Assembly (NCBI GenBank): GCA_963759005.1
Contig: CAVWXQ010000005.1
Span: 14,546 to 78,545, forward strand
DNA: 64,000 nt
Reading direction: 5' to 3'
Source: an uncultured Gammaproteobacteria bacterium
GTDB taxonomy: Bacteria; Pseudomonadota; Gammaproteobacteria; SZUA-229
Shown piece after piece: positions 28,133 to 39,228 of this stretch (within the stretch, counting starts at the first letter, position 1; the number at the start of each line of letters is the position of its first letter). Under the pieces are notes generated by a model, which ran no database searches, was not told the origin of the DNA, and saw only the letters and a program-made list of their open reading frames with translations. Position numbers and translations under genes: made by a program.

Positions 28133-28495
28133 TTAATTATTTTCAATTCCTACTTGAAATAGTGTTTCCATATCAGGCCTTAGGCTGCAATTGCCAGTAC
28201 CCAGGAAAGATACACTTTTACCTGTTGCATAAGCTGTAAGTAGCAGGCTTAAAATCGCTTTACCCTGTTGAGTATCCGTATTAACAGCCCAATAACCAGA
28301 AGTTGCGCAATCAGGTTTAACATTGTAACTTCCGGTTATGTTTACATGCGTAGGGTTTTGATTTGGTGCCGCATAATCTCTACCAGATACAAACAGCTTT
28401 TGAATCGTGCCTAGCTGGTTTCCAGCGAACGAAAAACTACTAGAGAGCAAGAGAAAAGATATTATTATTGTTTTCATGTCATTAATCCGGGTCAA
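28133..28495 (-). CDS. Small secreted two-cysteine protein (TTG start at 28495, or ATG at 28477)
   Basis: Signal peptide MKTIIISFLLLSSSFSFA. The mature protein is about 95 aa with two Cys. Confidence 0.45.
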   Translation of the reverse strand: MTRINDMKTIIISFLLLSSSFSFAGNQLGTIQKLFVSGRDYAAPNQNPTHVNITGSYNVKPDCATSGYWAVNTDTQQGKAILSLLLTAYATGKSVSFLGTGNCSLRPDMETLFQVGIENN

Positions 28496-28588
28496 AGAAG
28501 AATTGTTGTTAATATAGTATGAATCAGAAGAATAAAATAAGAAATATCAGGGTACAGTACGCTTCAATCCGACCCCGGTCGCAATGAC

Positions 28589-28608
28589 ATTAATGGATGT
28601 CCATTAAT
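28589..28608. promoter_or_regulatory. Palindrome ATTAATGGAtgTCCATTAAT between divergent genes
   Basis: 9+9 bp inverted repeat. Confidence 0.3.
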
Positions 28609-28679
28609 ACTTTTACTAATGTATAACGGGAATGCTGATATTACAACTATAAAACAATGTCATTAGCCAACGATCACAA

Positions 28680-29345
28680 ATGTCTATAATAAACACCTCT
28701 TTCTTCAACCGTGATGCCTGCCTGGTAGCGCAACAATTACTGGGTAAAATCATTCGTAGAGAATACAGGGGGCAATGGCTGTCCGCTCGTATCATAGAAA
28801 CCGAAGCCTATTATCTGGAAGAAAAAGGAAGCCATGCATCTCTTGGTTATACGGAAAAACGGAAAGCCCTGTTCATGCCAGCAGGCACCATCTACATGTA
28901 TTACGCACGAGGCAAAGACTCATTAAACGTAAGCTGCAAAGGTAAAGGCAACGCTGTTCTGATAAAGTCTGCCTACCCTTTTTCCGATAACTGCTCGCCG
29001 CCTGCTGCAACCGAAATCATGCGGCAATTAAACCCAACGACTTCTGGTCAACTGCGGCCTGTAGAAAAACTCTGTAATGGCCAAACTTTATTGTGCAAGT
29101 CACTTGATCTGAAAGTTAGAGATTGGGACCAGCAACAATTTGATAAGAAACGTTTTCACCTTGAAAACATCAATAAAATTCCAGAAAAGATTATACAAAC
29201 AACACGACTTGGTATCCCTGCAGGTCGGGATGAACATTTACCATACCGCTTTATAGATTATGACTTTGCAAAATTCTGCACCAGCAACCCACTAACAAAA
29301 CGTAATATCGATAAAAACCTGCAGATAATAATCAGCCCTGGTTAG
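28680..29345 (+). CDS. DNA-3-methyladenine glycosylase (Mpg/AAG family)
   Basis: ARIIETEAYYLEEKGSHASLGYTEKRKALFMPAGTIYMYYARG matches the Mpg family pattern. Confidence 0.7.
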   Translation: MSIINTSFFNRDACLVAQQLLGKIIRREYRGQWLSARIIETEAYYLEEKGSHASLGYTEKRKALFMPAGTIYMYYARGKDSLNVSCKGKGNAVLIKSAYPFSDNCSPPAATEIMRQLNPTTSGQLRPVEKLCNGQTLLCKSLDLKVRDWDQQQFDKKRFHLENINKIPEKIIQTTRLGIPAGRDEHLPYRFIDYDFAKFCTSNPLTKRNIDKNLQIIISPG

Positions 29346-29417
29346 ATCGTGAATTGGGTCAGATCATAGCATCCTGTTTACAGACACATTCTATGGTCCG
29401 AGCCTGGTCTTCTTGTA

Positions 29418-30386
29418 TCAGCTGTGTTCATTACAACGCTGGCAGACGAACTCCTCCAGTTTTGCTGCGTCTCTGGCGAAATTGCGGATGCCCTCTGCCA
29501 GCTTTTCAGTGGCCATGGCATCTTCATTCATCATCCAGCGGAACGCCGATTCATGCATCGGGATGATATCAATCTCCATTACCCTGGCTTTTTCTGCATC
29601 GAGTCGACGCGCTACATCGCCTTCGGCAGCGCGAAGCTCTTCCATTAGCTCAGGCGAGATAGTCAGCAGGTCACAGCCCGCGAGCTCCAGGATCTCACCG
29701 CTGTTGCGGAAGCTTGCCCCCATCACCACGGTAGAGTAGCCGTGATGTTTGTAGTAGTTGAAAATTTGGGTAACCGACTGAACGCCTGGATCTGCTTCAG
29801 GCGAGTAACCATCTACACCTTCAGCCGCCTTGTACCAGTCCATAATGCGACCTACAAAAGGTGAGATCAAGGTGGCGCCAGCCTTGGCTGCAGCGATCGC
29901 CTGTGCCACGCTGAACATCAGGGTCAGGTTGCAGTGAATACCACGCCGCTCCAGCTCGCTAGCGGCCTGGATGCCTTCCCATGTGGACGCTATCTTGATG
30001 AGGATCCTTGAGCTATCGATACCTGCTTGCTCATACAGGGACATCAGGCTTTCAGCTCGGGCGACAGTTGCGTCGCTATCAAAAGACAGACGGGCATCAA
30101 CCTCGGTTGAAACTCGCCCGGGGATAAGTTTAAGTATTTCTGCCCCGAAGTTCACCGCCAGCTTATCCATCATATCAATCGCACGGGTTTCCATTTTCTC
30201 ACTGCGAGTCATAGCGTAGTCAATTGCATCTTGCAACAGATGCTCATACTGGTTTTTTTGTGCGGCCTTGAGTAATAGTGAAGGATTGGTAGTGGCGTCT
30301 GTAGGCGCATAAGCGCTGATTGAGTCTATATCGCCGGTATCTGCCACCACTGTAGTCATTTCTTTCAACTGATCAAGCTTGTTCAT
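29418..30386 (-). CDS. tal: Transaldolase
   Basis: [11 protein letters not shown]...[13 protein letters not shown] is collinear with E. coli TalB. The start is taken at MNKLDQL (30386) rather than the track start at 30425. Confidence 0.85.
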   Translation of the reverse strand: MNKLDQLKEMTTVVADTGDIDSISAYAPTDATTNPSLLLKAAQKNQYEHLLQDAIDYAMTRSEKMETRAIDMMDKLAVNFGAEILKLIPGRVSTEVDARLSFDSDATVARAESLMSLYEQAGIDSSRILIKIASTWEGIQAASELERRGIHCNLTLMFSVAQAIAAAKAGATLISPFVGRIMDWYKAAEGVDGYSPEADPGVQSVTQIFNYYKHHGYSTVVMGASFRNSGEILELAGCDLLTISPELMEELRAAEGDVARRLDAEKARVMEIDIIPMHESAFRWMMNEDAMATEKLAEGIRNFARDAAKLEEFVCQRCNEHS

Positions 30387-30446
30387 AGGTGTACATCCTC
30401 TTCCAGGACTGATTAAAAGTAACAAATTGCAGTCTATCTTTTTTAA

Positions 30447-30775
30447 CCCGGATATTTCATAGGTACGCTGTCAATATAGCTTAACACTATGTTTATAATT
30501 AGAAATACAGGAATATTAGAAAACTACACCATATACCCGATACCGCTCGGCACAACGCTACGCTCATATAAAATCGTTCCTACGATTTTATCGGCGAATC
30601 GTACAAACGACCGCCACGGATGGCGGAAGTGTCGATTTTGCATCGTTACATTGATGTAACTTATTAGGGCAATGCAGGAGCTATTGCCGAGGAGCATCAC
30701 ATCGACCTGACTCACTGCCGATTTTTAAAAAAACATAGCCCCAACTACTGCATTCCTATGAAGTATTCGAGTTCA
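30447..30775. mobile_element. MITE family 2 copy B (left TIR intact, right TIR degenerate), 60 bp upstream of the tal start
   Basis: TTAACCCGGATATTTCATAGG at 30443. Internal homology to copy A (cgattttatcggcgaatcgtac). The right end ttcctatgaagtattcgagttca is degenerate. Confidence 0.65.
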
Positions 30776-31588
30776 TAACCAAATATAACGAATTAATATT
30801 GATATGCCCACAATTATCTTGAATGAAAACATAAGATATGCGAAACAGTAACTGTATTAATAGACATGAGACCAATTTGCATGCCAACCCGAATAGAAAG
30901 AGGCATAGGGACATAGTGAATAATTAATCCGCCCTTACACTTTTGCACCACCTCAGTCCATCAACACACCGACGCCTGATGATGGTGACATGGGCTTGAT
31001 TTAACCTAAATAACTCAGTTGAACCTACTGCGAACGACCAATGCACTGAATCTACAAGACTTTCTCGAACATTTTGAACTCACCGTATAGGTGATACGTT
31101 TTCGCTCAAAATAACCGATAAAGTATCGTATATTCAACACTTTGATCGCTCTCGCTACGATTCAACTGATTTATTTAGGTTAAGCTGTAATAAATGTGAA
31201 CTTAGCAACACAAATATAATGCTCATAAGTAGATGCCTTCGTGTTCAGGTAGTAAAAGCGCACGCCTATTACGTCTCCTTTAAGTATTCTTTTATAGGCT
31301 GAAATAAGGTATACTGGACTGTCGAGTTCAGGTGTCTATTGATTTACACTTCCTTCTCAGCGCGGTAATCCTTTCCTCAAGGCTGAAACCTTAACAAGGT
31401 TCGTGGCGTAGCAACCATCCGCAAATAATCCTGCCAGAAAAAACTGCATCTTGCTGGAATGATCAACATTTACAAGGTCTTGCGTTTTAATCCAGCATAA
31501 CAAGGCCACAGAAAATAACTGCTCGCGCATAGAAAAAAGCAAACCCGGTCATCGCGCACGACGAAGATAAATAGTGAGGCATTAAAGC

Positions 31589-31819
31589 ATGCATAATGAA
31601 GCAAAAGAAAGTAAATACCAGGTAATAACGGTTGAAAAAACCACCGCCCCGGAGGGTATGCCAGGTGATAACTGGTTTCGCTATGTTATTCAAAAAGGCG
31701 ATTTAGCCAATTCAATAATGGAATGCAAAAAAACCGGTTCTCTCAAGACGGTTACCGAACACGCAAAAGACCAGGCCGAAATCATTAATTCACGTAATGT
31801 TAGAGGTGGTCGAAAGTAG
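31589..31819 (+). CDS. Hypothetical protein
   Basis: ORF only, with a plausible SD. Confidence 0.3.
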   Translation: MHNEAKESKYQVITVEKTTAPEGMPGDNWFRYVIQKGDLANSIMECKKTGSLKTVTEHAKDQAEIINSRNVRGGRK

Positions 31820-31936
31820 AAACCAACAATTAAAGTTTGCATTATTACTCAACTAACTAAAAATTTTAAGTATCCACCTTTCAAACGACAAACCAATAAA
31901 AATGGATTGACTACCCTTAAATATTATTTGCCTGAT

Positions 31937-32458
31937 TTATTTAGCAACCTTTAAATTATTATTAATATCCCGGCTTTGACGAATAAGCGTATTGCTTTCA
32001 AAGCGTAAAGAAGATTTAGTTAATCTATCATACAGAACGACATTAACCGTCGCCGCCAGGTTCATGCAGCCGATGGTGGGCACATAAACGACCTCATCCG
32101 CCCTGTTTATAACTTGCTGACTAATGCTACCGTCTTCTGGCCCGAAAATATAAAAAGCATTAAACGGGTGCTGATACGCCGGCAATGCTATAGCATCCTC
32201 AGCAAATTCAACACACACTATTTTCAACTTCTCAGGCAGGTCATCTATAAGGTTTGTTACTTCAGATAGCGGAACATTCCGACTTACCTTACGACTCATA
32301 TCCACTGTACACGATTTAAGCTTTAGAGCACGTGGATAACGTTTGCCGGTATAAAAAACATTATCGACTTGAAAGTTACCTGCAGCACGCATTACCGAGG
32401 CTACATTCTCCGGACTTTTGGGATTAATTAATCCAATACTGACTTTTGATTCTTTCAT
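31937..32458 (-). CDS. SpoU/TrmH-family RNA 2'-O-methyltransferase
   Basis: NVASVMRAAGNFQVDNVF...FGPEDGSI...TIGCMNLAATVNVVLYD are SPOUT motifs. Confidence 0.65.
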   Translation of the reverse strand: MKESKVSIGLINPKSPENVASVMRAAGNFQVDNVFYTGKRYPRALKLKSCTVDMSRKVSRNVPLSEVTNLIDDLPEKLKIVCVEFAEDAIALPAYQHPFNAFYIFGPEDGSISQQVINRADEVVYVPTIGCMNLAATVNVVLYDRLTKSSLRFESNTLIRQSRDINNNLKVAK

Positions 32459-32509
32459 CTATTTGATAGTTTTAAATCAGATTAGCAGCGTTCCAATTTA
32501 ATATCCTGG

Positions 32510-35059
32510 CTAGACACCCTGGCGCAGGCTTTGTATGGGTGGCGATGTTAATACACTACGTGTTCCAAGTATTCCTGCAATGACGACGATCAGTATGCCA
32601 CAGATAATACCTGTCAGGGCCACGGTAATATCAAACTGGTAAGAAAACTTGAAAACGAATTTAGCCAGTAGCCAGGCAAGTGACGTTGCTGCAACTCCGG
32701 CCAGTAAACCGGACAATGCACCGAGCAGGGTAAATTCTGCAAACAGTCCAAGCATCAGGGTTTTTTTGCTGGCCCCTAATGTTCTTAATACCGCGTTTTC
32801 GAATCGCCTTTCATCATGACTAGACTGAATAGCCGCATACAATACAGCCAGACCGGCCAACAATGTAAACAGAAAAATAAATTCAACTGCCAGTGAGACA
32901 CGATTGATGATACCACGTACACGATTCATGATGGTTTCCACATCAATCAGCGTAATGTTGGAAAACTGGCGTACCAGACTAGCCAGTTGCAAACGTTGCT
33001 TTTTATTGAGATAGACACTGGTTACCCAGTTTGCCGGTTTATCTTCGAGCACAGCCGGTGGCACCACGGTGAAAAAGTTAATATTGAAAGTGTCCCAGTC
33101 GACAGTGCGAAGATTACTCACGGTGAAATCCATAACTGTGCCATTAATATCGAAACCAATAACATCATTCAGTTTCAGTTTTAAGGTTTCAGCCAGTTTC
33201 GATTCCAGTGACAATAAAGGTTTTCCAAAATCATCCCTGCTCCACCATGAACCGGCAACCACGGCATTACCCAGTTGCATATTCTCAGCCCATGAAAGAT
33301 TAAATTCACGGGTCAGCAGATGTTTTGCACGTTCACTTTCATAGTCTGAACTATTCACCTTGCTGTTATTAATCTCCACCAGCCTGGCCCGCACCATGGG
33401 ATATAATTTGGTATTGCTGACCCCCATAGTTTGAAAATAATCTGTTATTGGTGTTACCTGATCAGGCTGTACGTTGATCACAAAATAATTCGGCGCATTT
33501 TCGGGCAGACTGTTTTGCCAGTCGTTGAGTAAATCAGAACGCACAGTAGACAATAACAGCATTACCATAATCCCCAATCCAAAAGACACAATCTGAATCA
33601 CACTACTGCCTGGCCGGCGTGAAATATTTGCCAGCCCAAAACGCCAGGCTATACCCACTCTGCCACGCAAACGATTCAGCAGCAGAATGAGAAGGTAAGC
33701 AGCCAATGCCAGTATTACCAGGGTAGCCATAATGCCGCCAACAACCACACTAACCAGTAATATATCTCCGATCTGCAAATACATCAGCAGCGACATAGAC
33801 AACAACACAGCAAGGTAAACGGTCCAGACACGGGGCGGCTGCGTTGGCACATCTTTACGTAACACATGTAATGGCGGCACCCGGCGCAAGGAGAGCAATG
33901 GCGGCAGTGCAAAGCCGATAAGCAAAACGATGCCAGTTGCATAACCCAGAAAAAACGCTGTAAAAGATGGTGCAGGTAATTGTGTTAGCACCAGTTGATC
34001 AAGCAATTGTGTTATTACAAACTGTGTCAGTAAACCAAGAAAACAGCCAACACTGCTGGCCAGCAGTGCAAGCCAGAACATTTCCAAAGTGAAAAGTTGT
34101 ATGATGGTTTTCTGCGAGGCGCCAAGACAGCGCATCATGGCGCTGTTATTAAGGTGACGGTTGCTAAAACGGTTTGCCACCGTCGCCACTGCAACGCCAG
34201 CAAGCAACACGCTGATCAGTGCGGCAAGGCCAAGAAACTTTTTAGCACTATGTAGTGCAGTATTCAGTTCCGGCCGGCCTTCTTCAAGCGTAAGAATGCT
34301 TTCACCCGGTCGTAACTTATTCGTAATGGCCTTGCGATAACTGTTAATACTGCTGCTTTCTCCCGAAATCAACACGCGATAATTTACCAGTGCGCCTGTA
34401 CTTATCAATCCGGTGCTTGCCAGATCGAGACTGTTCATCATCACCCGTGGCGCAACACTAAACAGGTCACCGGCACGGTCGGGTTCATAACGCAGGATCT
34501 TGCCAAGTTTGAAGCTTGCATTGCCGAGGTCCACCCTGTCACCCATGTTTAAACCCAGTAGCGTCAAGAGTCGTGCTTCTACCCAGAGTTCACCCGGTGC
34601 CGGCAAACTAGTGGTTGCTTCATCATCACCAAAAGCACTGTCACTGATGCGTAACACACCGCGTAAAGGATAACCTTCGCTGACCGCCTTTACTTCTGTC
34701 AGTTGCAGACCTTCGTTAGCCAGTAGCACACTACGAAACTGTATCGTGGTGGTTACCTGAAAGTCATTTGATCGTGCATCAGCGATAAAATCGTTAATAT
34801 CGGAACGTCCGGAAGTAATCACCAGGTCAGCAGCAATCAGTTCAGCTGACTGCATTTGCAGACCTTGTTCGATTCGGTTTGTGAACAGGCCCACGGCAGT
34901 AATACTGGTTACCGCGATGATAAGACCAATGGCAAGAATATTTAGCTCACCGCCGCGCCAGTCACGCCATAACATGCGCCATGAGTTAGTCCAGTAAAAG
35001 CCAAACCCTCGATTTTGTCCAGAGCCTGTGTTCTTTGCGGAAAACGTATTTGGAATCAT
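32510..35059 (-). CDS. ybbP: FtsX-family ABC transporter permease (YbbP-like, 10 TM, two FtsX domains)
   Basis: 849 aa. Duplicated FtsX-like TM bundles. It is adjacent to the ybbA-like ATPase and tesA as in E. coli. Confidence 0.75.
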   Translation of the reverse strand: MIPNTFSAKNTGSGQNRGFGFYWTNSWRMLWRDWRGGELNILAIGLIIAVTSITAVGLFTNRIEQGLQMQSAELIAADLVITSGRSDINDFIADARSNDFQVTTTIQFRSVLLANEGLQLTEVKAVSEGYPLRGVLRISDSAFGDDEATTSLPAPGELWVEARLLTLLGLNMGDRVDLGNASFKLGKILRYEPDRAGDLFSVAPRVMMNSLDLASTGLISTGALVNYRVLISGESSSINSYRKAITNKLRPGESILTLEEGRPELNTALHSAKKFLGLAALISVLLAGVAVATVANRFSNRHLNNSAMMRCLGASQKTIIQLFTLEMFWLALLASSVGCFLGLLTQFVITQLLDQLVLTQLPAPSFTAFFLGYATGIVLLIGFALPPLLSLRRVPPLHVLRKDVPTQPPRVWTVYLAVLLSMSLLMYLQIGDILLVSVVVGGIMATLVILALAAYLLILLLNRLRGRVGIAWRFGLANISRRPGSSVIQIVSFGLGIMVMLLLSTVRSDLLNDWQNSLPENAPNYFVINVQPDQVTPITDYFQTMGVSNTKLYPMVRARLVEINNSKVNSSDYESERAKHLLTREFNLSWAENMQLGNAVVAGSWWSRDDFGKPLLSLESKLAETLKLKLNDVIGFDINGTVMDFTVSNLRTVDWDTFNINFFTVVPPAVLEDKPANWVTSVYLNKKQRLQLASLVRQFSNITLIDVETIMNRVRGIINRVSLAVEFIFLFTLLAGLAVLYAAIQSSHDERRFENAVLRTLGASKKTLMLGLFAEFTLLGALSGLLAGVAATSLAWLLAKFVFKFSYQFDITVALTGIICGILIVVIAGILGTRSVLTSPPIQSLRQGV

Positions 35060-35083
35060 ATGGTTAAAACCTCAATAGAACGG

Positions 35084-35782
35084 TCAACTGCGTTTTCCAG
35101 GTTTAAGCAGTCTGCCGCCGTCGAGCTGAATAGACTGTTTACATAACTGCGAAAGCTGCACATCATGTGTTGCCATAATCAATGTTGTTCCCAGTTCAGA
35201 ATTAAGTTCGAACAGCAGCTTAATAATGCGTTTACCGGTTTCACTGTCCAGGTTACCAGTAGGTTCATCCGCAAACAGGACGAGAGGTTTTGTAGAAAAA
35301 GCACGGGCAATAGCACAACGTTGCTGTTCGCCACCGGACAGCTGGTTCGGATAATGAAAAAGTCGTTCACCCAGGCCTACACGTGTGAGCAATTCCTTGG
35401 CGGTTTTTCGCGGATGCGGTGCCTGTGCCAGTTCCAGTGGCAGCATCACATTCTCCAGTGCGGTTAAACCCTGCAGCAGCTGGAAATTCTGAAAGACGAA
35501 GCCCACGCGTTCAGCCCTGAGCAAGGCGCGTCCGTCTTCATCAAAATCATTGAGGTTGTTATTGTCCAGAAACACTGCACCGGACGACGGTGTATCCAGC
35601 CCTGCAAGCAGGCCAAGTAAGGTGGTTTTACCTGAACCGGAAGCGCCAAGAATAGCTACCGAAGTTCCCGCTTCAATGGTAAAGTTGATATCATCTAGCA
35701 GAGTCAGTACCCCGTCTCGGGTTATAACCTGCTTGCCCAATTGACGGGCTTCAACAAAAACATTAGCAACTGCATTAATCAT
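35084..35782 (-). CDS. ybbA: ABC transporter ATP-binding protein (YbbA-like)
   Basis: Walker A GASGSGKTT, signature LSGGEQQR, Walker B LVLFADEPT. The start at 35782 aligns with E. coli YbbA. Confidence 0.8.
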   Translation of the reverse strand: MINAVANVFVEARQLGKQVITRDGVLTLLDDINFTIEAGTSVAILGASGSGKTTLLGLLAGLDTPSSGAVFLDNNNLNDFDEDGRALLRAERVGFVFQNFQLLQGLTALENVMLPLELAQAPHPRKTAKELLTRVGLGERLFHYPNQLSGGEQQRCAIARAFSTKPLVLFADEPTGNLDSETGKRIIKLLFELNSELGTTLIMATHDVQLSQLCKQSIQLDGGRLLKPGKRS

Positions 35783-36479
35783 GATAAAAAAATTCTCCGC
35801 TTTATTAAGCACAACTTTATTAAGCACAACTATCAAACCAGTGCTTTTTTGCCTGGTTATGGCTAGCCAGGTTTTGATAGTCAACAATACTGTATTCGCC
35901 GTAAATAAAACACCAGCTACCATACTGGTTTTAGGTGACAGCTTAAGTGCTGCCTATGGTATCAATATCAATGAGGGCTGGGTCGCGTTGTTGCAACAAC
36001 AAGTTATCAACGAAGGTTATGATTACAAGGTGATTAATGCAAGCATAAGTGGTGATACCACGCGTACCGGTTTAAGCCGTATCAATTCAATGCTGAAAAG
36101 CCACAAACCAGAAATTGTCATTATCGCGCTGGGTGGAAACGATGGCTTGCGCGGCCTTGCTTTTAGTGAAATTGAAAACAGCCTTTCCAGCATAATCGAA
36201 TCATGTAAAAAACAGCATGCTGAAATACTGCTACTCGGCGTGCGTCTACCACCCAATTACGGCCCTGTTTATAATAAGCAGTTCGCTGAATTATATCAAC
36301 GACTGGCTGATCATTTTGACATAACCCTGCTGCCTAAAATGCTCGACCAGGTGGCTGATAACCCTGAGTTAATGCAAGATGATGGCATGCATCCGAAAGC
36401 GAAAGCGCAGCCATTAATTATGAAAAATGTGTGGACCGGTTTGAAGTCGATACTTGAAAAAGAAAAAGACAATAAATGA
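35781..36479 (+). CDS. tesA: SGNH arylesterase / acyl-CoA thioesterase I (TesA-like); true start probably internal (signal peptide)
   Basis: ILVLGDSLSAAY...ASISGDTT...ALGGNDGLRG...DDGMHP is collinear with E. coli TesA. The track start ATG overlaps the ybbA start in a CATG. Confidence 0.75.
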   Translation: MIKKFSALLSTTLLSTTIKPVLFCLVMASQVLIVNNTVFAVNKTPATILVLGDSLSAAYGININEGWVALLQQQVINEGYDYKVINASISGDTTRTGLSRINSMLKSHKPEIVIIALGGNDGLRGLAFSEIENSLSSIIESCKKQHAEILLLGVRLPPNYGPVYNKQFAELYQRLADHFDITLLPKMLDQVADNPELMQDDGMHPKAKAQPLIMKNVWTGLKSILEKEKDNK

Positions 36480-36582
36480 ATATTCCAACCTGCAGGGTGC
36501 ACTGTGCGCACCATGGTGCTATTGTTTCTATTTACGTTACGGTAAAACATGGCGTACCCTACGAATGACAATATTGGATGAG

Positions 36583-37461
36583 TTAACGGTTTTCAGACAG
36601 CTCAGTGAACATACGAATATAGTCGTTCGTCTTGCTAATAAAATAATCCTTCTGCTCAGGCGTAAAGCTATGCACTATTTGTACTGTTAGTTGCACAATA
36701 ATTTTCTGGTTGGCTGTGTTTTTACTTTTTATCCCTGTTTCATTATCCATCTTAAATTCAGCAAAAAATAATGCCAGTCGCTCAGACTTAACCGCCTCAG
36801 ACTCATTGCTATCAAGAATGTCCTGAATACCTCGCTGCCATAACAATCTTTGCTGCAATCGCAACCCGGCAGCGCTATGCAATTTACTCGCCGCCAGCTC
36901 AATGGCTTCTTGCTGTTCGTCCGTCAGCTCACCCAGCCAGTTCTCATAGTTATCCAACATAGATTCAGTGAACGAATCGATACGTTCCTGTTCATCGAGA
37001 TCGATATAGTCATCACGAAAATCCTGGTTCTTATCAGCAATGCTTGCAAACAGTTCCCGACGTTGCTCGCTATTTAGCAAAGGCAGCAAGATCGTCATTT
37101 CCTCATTTATTTTTTGCGATAGAGATAACCAGAAAGACTCCAATGTAGCGATATGCTGGAATAATTGTGCTTCTGTTAGCTGTGGACCTGCATCCCGTTG
37201 TAATCTGCGTAACCATTCAGCATACTGTTTTAGCTGCGTATTGCGGTGCCAGTTAATAAGCAGCTGTGTGCGCTGGTCGACTTTTTTCTCAAGAATGTCA
37301 CCGAATGTAACCAGACCTTCTAGATAAGATGGAATCAGATAATCCAGCTGGTTATACCATGTTTTAAATGAACACGCAGTAATGATAGCGATGAATAGAG
37401 CCATCAGAAAAATTTTCTTCTGACGTGTTAATGTCGCCTGTAGTGCAACCATTATCTTCAC
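36583..37461 (-). CDS. Hypothetical lipoprotein
   Basis: Lipobox IITAC. Helical and acidic. Confidence 0.45.
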   Translation of the reverse strand: MKIMVALQATLTRQKKIFLMALFIAIITACSFKTWYNQLDYLIPSYLEGLVTFGDILEKKVDQRTQLLINWHRNTQLKQYAEWLRRLQRDAGPQLTEAQLFQHIATLESFWLSLSQKINEEMTILLPLLNSEQRRELFASIADKNQDFRDDYIDLDEQERIDSFTESMLDNYENWLGELTDEQQEAIELAASKLHSAAGLRLQQRLLWQRGIQDILDSNESEAVKSERLALFFAEFKMDNETGIKSKNTANQKIIVQLTVQIVHSFTPEQKDYFISKTNDYIRMFTELSENR

Positions 37462-37704
37462 CTTCTTATATCGCGTATAGATATCAAGGTAACGAAGCGT
37501 TTAACCTTGACGAATGCCCGCTGACCAATCATGAATTCAAAATAACATGATAAAAAGAAATCAAAAAATAGTATCTATATACCATGATGATAGAGAAGAT
37601 AAAAATGTACTAGTTCATTCCATCATGGTTATCCAGTCATTAAGCCTTGAGTATTGGCGAGCCAGCTTGGGCCCGCCAAAGCATTACTCAATGTAGTTAC
37701 TCAA

Positions 37705-38460
37705 TCAGGCTGCATATTTCTCGTCAGTCGAAGCAAAGTAATTTTCGAGATCTTCACTGCTACCGATGTGCTCACCATCGATGAAAACCTGTGGTACGGT
37801 TTCCATGCCTGTAATAGCGCGAACGGAACGTGTCGCTGCATGTGTACCTAAACTGATCTCGTCATAATCCAGACCGTGCTCTGACAGGATCTGTTTCGCA
37901 CGTGCACAGAAAGGACATCCGGGACGCGTAATTATACTCACTGCAGGTGGTTTCCTGGCTTCAGCATTGATATATGTCAGCATCGTGTCTGCATCAGATA
38001 CTTCGAAAGGGTCGCCCGGCACATCGTCTTCGATAAACATCTTCTCGATGACACCGTCTTTGACCAGCATCGAATAACGCCATGAGCGCTCACCGAATCC
38101 GATATCTGATTTATCGACCAACATGCCCATGCCGCGACTAAAATCACCATTACCGTCCGGTATCAGAGTGACATTGTCGGCTTCCTGGTTCTGTTTCCAG
38201 GCATCCATGACAAAAGCATCATTCACCGACAGACAGACGATCTCATCGATACCGTTGTCTTTGAATGTATCAGCCAGTTCGTTATAGCGTGGTAAATGTG
38301 TCGAAGAACATGTCGGGGTAAATGCACCAGGTAGTGAAAATACGACGACTGTTTTACCCTTAAACAGATCATCGCTATTTACATCAACAAATTCACCGTT
38401 GCTGCGGGTCTTAAATACGACGTTCGGCACGCGTTCGCCTTGTTTATTTTCTAGCATCAT
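37705..38460 (-). CDS. Hybrid peroxiredoxin (Prx5)-glutaredoxin
   Basis: PGAFTPTCS peroxidatic Cys context and C-terminal Grx CPFC. Confidence 0.8.
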   Translation of the reverse strand: MMLENKQGERVPNVVFKTRSNGEFVDVNSDDLFKGKTVVVFSLPGAFTPTCSSTHLPRYNELADTFKDNGIDEIVCLSVNDAFVMDAWKQNQEADNVTLIPDGNGDFSRGMGMLVDKSDIGFGERSWRYSMLVKDGVIEKMFIEDDVPGDPFEVSDADTMLTYINAEARKPPAVSIITRPGCPFCARAKQILSEHGLDYDEISLGTHAATRSVRAITGMETVPQVFIDGEHIGSSEDLENYFASTDEKYAA

Positions 38461-38642
38461 TCTCTCCTGTTACATTTTCTTAGGTTACGGCAGCATCAGT
38501 TCTGATCTGCTCATGGTGTATTATGTTGACTAATATTGAATAGATAAAATCATTTATTTCTACTACCTTGATAGTTATATTCTATCGTCTATTTAAAGCA
38601 GCTTGTTTGATATAAACCTGAGAGAGCTGCAATACCATTTCA

Positions 38643-39194
38643 CTAAAATCTTACGCGGCGTAGTTCTTTTTCTATATCATTGATAACATTTGTATTCAGG
38701 GGGTCGATAGCACTTTGATAACTCTTCACCAGTTTGCCGTCACTATCGATGAGATATTTATGGAAATTCCACTGCGGATAAATTCCAGAGATTTCAGCCA
38801 GCTTCCGGTAGAAAGGATCAGCATTATGTTTGCTGACACGTGTCTTGCTGAACATGGGAAACTCGACTCCATAGGTCATCCTGCAGAATGTTTTGATCTC
38901 TTTTTCAGTACCTGGCTCCTGATGACCAAAATCATTTGACGGGAAACCAAGTACCACCAGTCCACGTTCCTGATACTGTTTATACAATTTTTCCAGTGAA
39001 TCATATTGATCGGTATAGGCGCAGCGACTAGCGGTATTTACTACTAAAAGGACTTTACCCTGGTATTCATCACACAGGTTTAACTGCGTTTCTTTATCCA
39101 GAGTGCGGACAGTAAAATCGAGTAGTTCGGAGCACTCTCTGGCGGTCAGCTGGGTGTTACCCAGTAATACGGCTAAGAATAATATAATTCGCAT
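38643..39194 (-). CDS. Glutathione peroxidase with signal peptide
   Basis: NTASRCAYT, LGFPSNDFGHQEPG, and WNFHKYLI are Gpx motifs. Confidence 0.8.
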   Translation of the reverse strand: MRIILFLAVLLGNTQLTARECSELLDFTVRTLDKETQLNLCDEYQGKVLLVVNTASRCAYTDQYDSLEKLYKQYQERGLVVLGFPSNDFGHQEPGTEKEIKTFCRMTYGVEFPMFSKTRVSKHNADPFYRKLAEISGIYPQWNFHKYLIDSDGKLVKSYQSAIDPLNTNVINDIEKELRRVRF

Positions 39195-39228
39195 CTATGC
39201 CTCTGACTTAAATATTTTCGATAACATA

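Noticed and set aside
35780-35783. CATG overlap of divergent ybbA and tesA start codons as a real shared start
   Set aside because: It is more likely that tesA initiates at a downstream codon that gives a normal-length signal peptide. The overlap comes from the longest-ORF start choice.
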